DNA of 64,000 nucleotides from Candidatus Margulisiibacteriota bacterium (GTDB lineage Bacteria; Margulisbacteria; WOR-1; O2-12-FULL-45-9; XYB2-FULL-48-7): NCBI GenBank assembly GCA_025453605.1, contig JALOPZ010000001.1, positions 276,986 to 340,985 of the forward strand, read 5' to 3'. Shown piece by piece: positions 59,128 to 64,000 of this stretch (position 1 is its first letter; each line of letters starts with the position of its first letter). The notes under the pieces were generated by a model. It saw only the letters and a program-made list of their open reading frames with translations, ran no database searches and was not told where the DNA came from. The position numbers and the translations under genes were made by a program.

Positions 59128-60512
59128 TCTAACCGCAATATGGTTCGCTCGTTTACTTTCGTCCGCCTGACCACCCTTCCCCATGGATCAATAAACGCCG
59201 ATATCCCGGAGTTACCGCACTGAACTAACCACTTCCGGTTTTCGACCGCCCGCAGGATGCCGCAGTTAAGGTGCAGATAGGGGGCGGCGGAATCGCCGAA
59301 CCAGGCGTCGTTGGTCACGATCAGCATATAGGCCGAGTCGGACTTGACCCGCTTCTTCATTGCGTCCGGGAAAGTCGATTCAAAACAGACGCCGGCGGCA
59401 ACCTGTTGGCCGGCGACCACAAGCGGCTGCTTCACCCGGCTGATCGAAAAATCCTGGCTAAAGTAGCCGGTCCGGTTCAAGACCGGTAAAAGGAGCGTCC
59501 GGAAAGGCAAATATTCGCCGAACGGCACCAGCCGTTCTTTATCGTAACGCGACGTCACCTCGCCCGAAGGGGAAAGAGCGAAGATCGAATTGTAGATCAG
59601 TCCGTCGTCACCATAGTGCGGCGTCCCGACCACCAGCCAGGCGTTCGTCTCGCGGGCCAGCTCGCGGAACCGCTGGAAAAGGAGCGGATCTTTCAGGATG
59701 TAGGCAAAAAGGGCCGTCTCCGGCCAGACGATCACTTCGGGAGTCGACCGCGCCGCCTGCCGCGTCAGCTCAGCCTGGAGTTCGAAGTTTCGGTTAACAA
59801 GATTCTGGTTCATCCGGTCGAATTGGTCGATGTTGGGTTGGACCAGGGCGATCTTAGTGACTAAGGGACTAGGGGCTGAGGGACTAGGGACTAGGGAAAA
59901 ATAACCGTACACCAAGGCGATCAATACCAGAGCGACCGATAGCAGCAACGGCTGCCAGCGCTTGCGAACGGCGATCAATTCAGCCAATGCCGCGTTAAAG
60001 AACACGACGAGAAAGCTGACACCGTAGACCTGGGTGAACGAGGCGATCTGGAGCAGTGGGGTTAACTCGACCTGCGAATAACCGAGACCGCCGGCGGTAA
60101 CCCCGAAAGGACCCCAGGCCCTGAGCCACTCTACTACGCTAACCCAAAGTAAGGCTTGCAGTAAACTCCAACCTCTAACCTCCAACTTCCAAAGGGAGTG
60201 CAATTTACAAAGTCTAAAATTCAAATAAGCGAATATGACAACAAAGAGCGATTGGAAAATGACCAGGCAAAACCAGGCGAGGTAAGCCCAAAGGCCGACG
60301 AAGCGGGTCAGCGACGTCAGCCACCAGAGGGTCAAACCGAAAAACGGCAAGCTAAAGAACAAACCGGCCCGGGCGGCTTCCCTCGCCCCCTGCGCCTTGT
60401 TCAGCGCCAGGAAAAAAGGGACCAGCGCTATCCAGGCGATCCACCAGAGATCGAATTTGGGAAAGGCCGGGGCTAACGCCAGGCCCGAGATTACTGGATA
60501 GTAACCTGGCAT
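59124..60512 (-). CDS. lnt: apolipoprotein N-acyltransferase
   Basis: N-terminal polytopic membrane part. C-terminal CN-hydrolase domain (IVWPETA, ...KERLVPFGEYLP..., CFES...). Confidence 0.85.
   Translation of the reverse strand: MPGYYPVISGLALAPAFPKFDLWWIAWIALVPFFLALNKAQGAREAARAGLFFSLPFFGLTLWWLTSLTRFVGLWAYLAWFCLVIFQSLFVVIFAYLNFRLCKLHSLWKLEVRGWSLLQALLWVSVVEWLRAWGPFGVTAGGLGYSQVELTPLLQIASFTQVYGVSFLVVFFNAALAELIAVRKRWQPLLLSVALVLIALVYGYFSLVPSPSAPSPLVTKIALVQPNIDQFDRMNQNLVNRNFELQAELTRQAARSTPEVIVWPETALFAYILKDPLLFQRFRELARETNAWLVVGTPHYGDDGLIYNSIFALSPSGEVTSRYDKERLVPFGEYLPFRTLLLPVLNRTGYFSQDFSISRVKQPLVVAGQQVAAGVCFESTFPDAMKKRVKSDSAYMLIVTNDAWFGDSAAPYLHLNCGILRAVENRKWLVQCGNSGISAFIDPWGRVVRRTKVNERTILRLE
59857..59896. 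repeat. heptamer/octamer array GTGACTA AGGGACTA GGGGCTGA GGGACTA GGGACTA GGG inside lnt
   Basis: Read directly. Encodes PSPSAPSPLVT between the membrane and CN-hydrolase parts. Confidence 0.8.
60166..60193. repeat. heptamer array CTCCAAC CTCTAAC CTCCAAC TTCCAAA inside lnt
   Basis: Read directly. Encodes LWKLEVRGWS in a loop of the membrane domain. Confidence 0.8.
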
Positions 60513-61138
60513 TGGGTGATATCCAGCGAGTCGGCCAGCGCGGGATTATTGTCATCAGTTACCGTCAGGGTGGAACCGGCGATCTTGGAGATGTACGCGT
60601 CGGTCGCCGCCAGGTGGTCGGCCGGCAGGCGGGCGGCATCGTCCGGCCAGGGGACAGTAATTAGGTCAAAATAGATCGTCTCCGGGATCGTCGCGCCAAA
60701 GAGCCGGCTCAACTCGAAGTTAAAAGTAAGCTTGGTGGTTGCCGTCCCCAAACTGGCGATCACCTCGCGGGTGAGCGGCTCGCCGAGCGTGAACGGTCCG
60801 TCGACCAGGAAATAACCGCCCGGCTCGACCAGACAGTACCCCTCCCAGGAAGAGTAATAATTGGCGTAGTAATCGGCCAAGGCCCCGCTGCGCGGCGTTG
60901 TCCCCGGCTCGATCATTTCATAAACGATGTTGTCGGGCGGCGGCAGCGGCACCTTGTAGCCGGGATCGCGCGCCAGCACCAAAAAGTAGCGGTTGGCGGT
61001 CGCGTCCATGTTCCCCCGCAGGGTGACATCGACCGTCATGATACTGCCGTAGTTGACGTATGAGGTGACCGTCCGGGCGCACCCCAATAAACTGACGACT
61101 AACAACAAACAACTGACGACCGTCGGAATTTTCCTCAT
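60491..61138 (-). CDS. hypothetical lipoprotein (215 aa); possible LptE analogue
   Basis: Lipobox in MRKIPTVVSCLLLVVSLLGC. ATGA overlap with the lptD-like gene's stop, and 22-nt overlap with the lnt start. Confidence 0.55.
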   Translation of the reverse strand: MRKIPTVVSCLLLVVSLLGCARTVTSYVNYGSIMTVDVTLRGNMDATANRYFLVLARDPGYKVPLPPPDNIVYEMIEPGTTPRSGALADYYANYYSSWEGYCLVEPGGYFLVDGPFTLGEPLTREVIASLGTATTKLTFNFELSRLFGATIPETIYFDLITVPWPDDAARLPADHLAATDAYISKIAGSTLTVTDDNNPALADSLDITQCQVTIQ

Positions 61139-63405
61139 TGGCTTAGTTTCCCTATCTCCCGGTCAAAGCCGTCGTAATAAAAGCCGCGACCGGAGCCGAA
61201 GCCGACTGGCTCACCCGGCAGCGCTTTGAGCGTGTAAACAAAGCTGTACTCCTTGAGGTAATCGGAATAGGTGAATTTCATTTCCCAGCAATGCAGGTCC
61301 TTGACCAGCATTATATCACGGACCTTCAGCTCTTCCGTTGACGGGTCGAGGACCTGGCTGACGCGGAAATGCCACTGGTTCGGCGCTCCTTTGACCAGCC
61401 AGAAGTCGTGCAGGGCGCTGGCCGACTTCAGGTCGCCCAGGTTCATGTCTTGGGTAAAGCCGAGCGATAGGTTATACCAATCGGCGGGGACCCAGGTCCC
61501 GCTGCCGACCAGCTCTTTATAGCGCCGGTTCTCAAGGTCCCAGCCGGAATTGAGCGACAAGCGGAGCCATTTTTCCGGTTCGATCACCACCCCGCTCATC
61601 AGGTCAAAATACTTGCTCGTCTGCCAGTTGTGCCCCCCCTCAAAATACCAGCTGAACTTATTGAGGTGGTAAAAGGTCAGCCGGTCCCGGATGTCGTGAT
61701 AACGGGCGCCGAGCTGGTCAAAAAAGAACGGGGTGTTACCGTCGGTATAACCCTGCCGGAAGTTGAGCTCGTTACGCAGCCAGTTCTTGTTGTCGATCAG
61801 GAGCGCGGCCCGTTCACTGACCGCGTACAACTGGTCGCCCGGACCGTACAGGTATTGGTCGACGCCGGCCCCGAGCGAGAGGGTCGTCGCCGGACCGAGC
61901 GGCACGCTCCGGTCCGCCTGCAGCGCGGTGCGCACCCGCTCCGCGGTGAAATCACGTTTGCGACCGAGCGCCGGCACCGTTTTCACCTCGCGGTATTTGG
62001 CCAGACCGAACGTCGAATTCAGGGTAAACAGCCCCAGGTTAAGCGAGCGCGGCCTGATCTCCAGTTCCGGCTGTTTCTCCAATGCTTCGTAACGCGGTTC
62101 GGCGGTCGCCAGCTCATCCTGCAGGTCGATCAGCCAGTTCTCCGTCAGCCGCCAGTTAAAATCCCGCTCCTGGCCGGTGAGCTCTATTTGCGGCTCGACT
62201 TTTTCCGCCGGGTTGTCCCCCCGGCGACCCAGGTCGTACAGATAACCGGCCGAGGTTGAAAGCTTTAACCGGTTGTCGGCCAGCAGTTCCCGCGCCAAGG
62301 TGAACCGCTGGGAGCCGTGGACCTTATGGGGCTCGTCTTTGCCGTTCTGGTAATTGAACGAGTAATTGGCCGCCGTCCCTTCGGTCAGATAATTAAACTG
62401 ACCGGTCTCCTGCACCTGCCGCCCCCACCGGTCGTCCAGATAGTTAAGCCGGAGGGCGGTACTTTCCCGGCTGATGTAGGTCAGCTCGAGGCCGAGCCCC
62501 GTGTTTTCGATCCGGCCGCTCGGGACCTGGTAGATGTCGTTATAGCTCTGGGTCAGGCGGAGCGTAGTTTTGTCCCGCAGGGGGATGGTGTGATCGATCT
62601 TTTCCACCCAATCACCGTGACCGGTATCCGCCTCGTTGTTATTATATAGTTTTAATGTCCCCAGCCCCCAGGCCCCCGCGTTATAAGGGGTCTCCGTCCC
62701 TATGCCCCACCCTTTCTTCGACATGTAATCGACCAGCAGCAGCCCTCCCCAGTACGGCCAGCTGCTTTTAATGAAGGACCCCTCAACCTGGTTCTGGCCG
62801 AATTTCCAGTTGCGCCGCCGATCGCTCTTCAGGTCGTAATAAAAATACGGCAGCCAGAGGACCGGCAGCTCGCCGACATAAAAGGTCACGTTCCGGGCAT
62901 CGAGGTGGTCGTCGGGGTAGTAGCCGACCTGGTCGGCCAGCAGGTAATAATGGGGGGCGGTGTTCTGGCAGGTCGACAGATCGGCCCCCCGGCCGGACAT
63001 GTTCTCTCCGTCGTCCCGGAGCTCATCGGCCAGCAGGTAGAGTTCACCTTTCATTTTGTTCGGCCGCAGGACCGCCTCAAAGCTGGCAAATCCGGCCCGG
63101 TCGCGGTCGGCCTCATAGACCAGCTTGGCAGCGGCCGCGTCGTAATCGCCGGACAACAGCCGGACGCTCCCTTCGGCGGTCACGATGTTGGTCGCTGAGT
63201 CCAGCACCAGCCGGTCGGCGGCGATCGTCGCCCGCTCCAGTTTTACTTCGACCGAACCGCTCGCCTCGATCAGGCTGGAGCTTTCGTAAAATTTTAAATT
63301 ATCGGCCTTGATGTTGACAGGGATCGGTTCGGAGCAAGCAGTCTGCGGTAAGCAGTAAGCAGTAAGCAGTAAGCTGTAAGCGGTAAGTAAGAGGGCCCGT
63401 CTCAC
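61135..63405 (-). CDS. lptD: LPS-assembly outer-membrane protein LptD-like (OstA N-terminal domain plus large beta-barrel)
   Basis: OstA-like repeats IKADNLKFYE...ASGSVEV...AADRLVLD...AEGSVRL. About 600-aa strand-rich C-terminus. Confidence 0.7.
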   Translation of the reverse strand: MRRALLLTAYSLLLTAYCLPQTACSEPIPVNIKADNLKFYESSSLIEASGSVEVKLERATIAADRLVLDSATNIVTAEGSVRLLSGDYDAAAAKLVYEADRDRAGFASFEAVLRPNKMKGELYLLADELRDDGENMSGRGADLSTCQNTAPHYYLLADQVGYYPDDHLDARNVTFYVGELPVLWLPYFYYDLKSDRRRNWKFGQNQVEGSFIKSSWPYWGGLLLVDYMSKKGWGIGTETPYNAGAWGLGTLKLYNNNEADTGHGDWVEKIDHTIPLRDKTTLRLTQSYNDIYQVPSGRIENTGLGLELTYISRESTALRLNYLDDRWGRQVQETGQFNYLTEGTAANYSFNYQNGKDEPHKVHGSQRFTLARELLADNRLKLSTSAGYLYDLGRRGDNPAEKVEPQIELTGQERDFNWRLTENWLIDLQDELATAEPRYEALEKQPELEIRPRSLNLGLFTLNSTFGLAKYREVKTVPALGRKRDFTAERVRTALQADRSVPLGPATTLSLGAGVDQYLYGPGDQLYAVSERAALLIDNKNWLRNELNFRQGYTDGNTPFFFDQLGARYHDIRDRLTFYHLNKFSWYFEGGHNWQTSKYFDLMSGVVIEPEKWLRLSLNSGWDLENRRYKELVGSGTWVPADWYNLSLGFTQDMNLGDLKSASALHDFWLVKGAPNQWHFRVSQVLDPSTEELKVRDIMLVKDLHCWEMKFTYSDYLKEYSFVYTLKALPGEPVGFGSGRGFYYDGFDREIGKLSQ
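63334..63390. repeat. heptamer array GCAAGCA GTCTGCG GTAAGCA x3 GTAAGCT GTAAGCG GTAAGTA
   Basis: Read directly. Encodes LLLTAYSLLLTAYCLPQTA in the LptD-like signal peptide. Confidence 0.85.
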
Positions 63406-63989
63406 GGAACTTTGTACCGCAGGCGCTTCTTAGCCAAATCGCTCAGGGTATCGTGGGTGCCGATCTGTTTCCAGCAGTCGAGTGCCTTGCGCGCTTCGCG
63501 CCGGGCGTAGTAGGCATCACCCAGGTTAAGCAATACGGCGGCGCACTGCGGATCAAGCGTCCGGCTCTTTTCCAGCGCCGTCAGCGCCGTGTCGCCCCGG
63601 CCCAGCAGCAGATTGATCGTCCCGAAATTTCCGTAGTAGACGGCCGAGGCGGGATCGAGCTGGATCGTTTCGGCAAAATACCCGCGCGACTCCTCCAGCC
63701 GCCCCTGTTGCGCCAGGGTAACGCCCAGGTTATTCAGCGCCGCGCCGAACCGCCGGTCCATCTGGACGGCCAGGTTCAGTTCTTCCTCAGCGGCCGGATA
63801 CATCCCCTTAAAGAAATAGTTAACCCCCTCGGCGTTGTGGCCGTGACCGAAGGAGACGCTGATGTCCTCCTTGCGCCCGGCCCGGCTTCCTCCCTTCGCC
63901 TCCCCCCCCCAGAGGCCGATCACCTCTTTCCGGCCGAATTCCCTGATCGCCAGCTGGAGCGGGCGGTTGCGCATACTGGCCAGCGTCAT
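63402..63989 (-). CDS. TPR-repeat protein (may extend beyond the window)
   Basis: Several 34-aa TPR-like units (ALNNLGVTLAQQGRLEESRGYFAETIQLDP, ...LLNLGDAYYARREARKALDCW). ATGA overlap with the lptD-like start. Confidence 0.6.
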   Translation of the reverse strand: MTLASMRNRPLQLAIREFGRKEVIGLWGGEAKGGSRAGRKEDISVSFGHGHNAEGVNYFFKGMYPAAEEELNLAVQMDRRFGAALNNLGVTLAQQGRLEESRGYFAETIQLDPASAVYYGNFGTINLLLGRGDTALTALEKSRTLDPQCAAVLLNLGDAYYARREARKALDCWKQIGTHDTLSDLAKKRLRYKVP

Positions 63990-64000
63990 CGACTTGAGAT

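Noticed and set aside
63334-63390. Heptamer arrays as possible CRISPR or minisatellite loci
   Set aside because: The units are 7-8 nt with no spacers and the arrays are under 60 nt, so they are not CRISPR. They are treated as STRR-like tandem repeats instead.
1-64000. Search for defence systems, prophage, transposases, tRNA/rRNA genes and CRISPR
   Set aside because: None was recognised on either strand. No helicase, nuclease, ATPase or reverse-transcriptase signatures were noticed in the unassigned ORFs. The only RNA gene is ssrA.

Overview
Visibly GC-rich bacterial chromosomal segment, apparently from an uncultivated diderm lineage (it encodes LptD, Lnt and several outer-membrane beta-barrel candidates). 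I count about 46 CDS and one tmRNA. I saw no rRNA, tRNA, CRISPR array, transposase, integrase or phage genes. All calls come from reading the translations and DNA by eye; no database search was run.

Housekeeping blocks:
- proA-nadD-M16 peptidase-dut-dapB-smpB, two small ORFs, then ssrA (2.7-8.5 kb)
- cca-amidase-murI-queD, mdh plus two-subunit class I fumarase, ruvCA, coaX-lysS-metF (32.5-44.2 kb)
- lnt-lipoprotein-lptD-TPR (59.1-64 kb)

Two accessory islands dominate the window.
- Island A (minus strand, 10.5-30.9 kb) is a translationally coupled operon. It encodes a lipoprotein, a 3208-aa surface protein (M23 peptidase, NHL propeller, FlgD-Ig-like modules, T9SS-like C-terminal domain), a PorV/FadL-like barrel, a 996-aa barrel candidate and an NHL propeller. 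These are followed by an unknown 657-aa protein, a SAM methyltransferase and a multi-TM histidine kinase.
- Island B (plus strand, 44.2-59.1 kb) holds four orphan genes of 678, 63, 912 and 2948 aa. None has a signal peptide or a domain I recognise.

Main hunt results:
1. A 27-nt sigma-28 (FliA/SigD)-type promoter motif, [G/C]AA[A/G]-N15-nnCGATA[T/A], occurs six times. It precedes every island B gene and the island A operon.
2. The 912-aa and 2948-aa genes of island B (the 2948-aa one is giant) carry a duplicated leader. It has a hairpin with an identical 9-nt loop (TTGCCTGTA) and an intrinsic terminator between promoter and start codon.
3. Tandem heptanucleotide arrays sit inside coding regions. 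One is identical to the cyanobacterial STRR2 unit TTGGTCA.
4. Many operon-first genes show a TATAAT-N7-ATG (leaderless) layout.
5. The tmRNA has a 32-codon tag frame.
6. A GxxExxY gene is flanked by inverted repeats.
7. murI has no canonical start codon.
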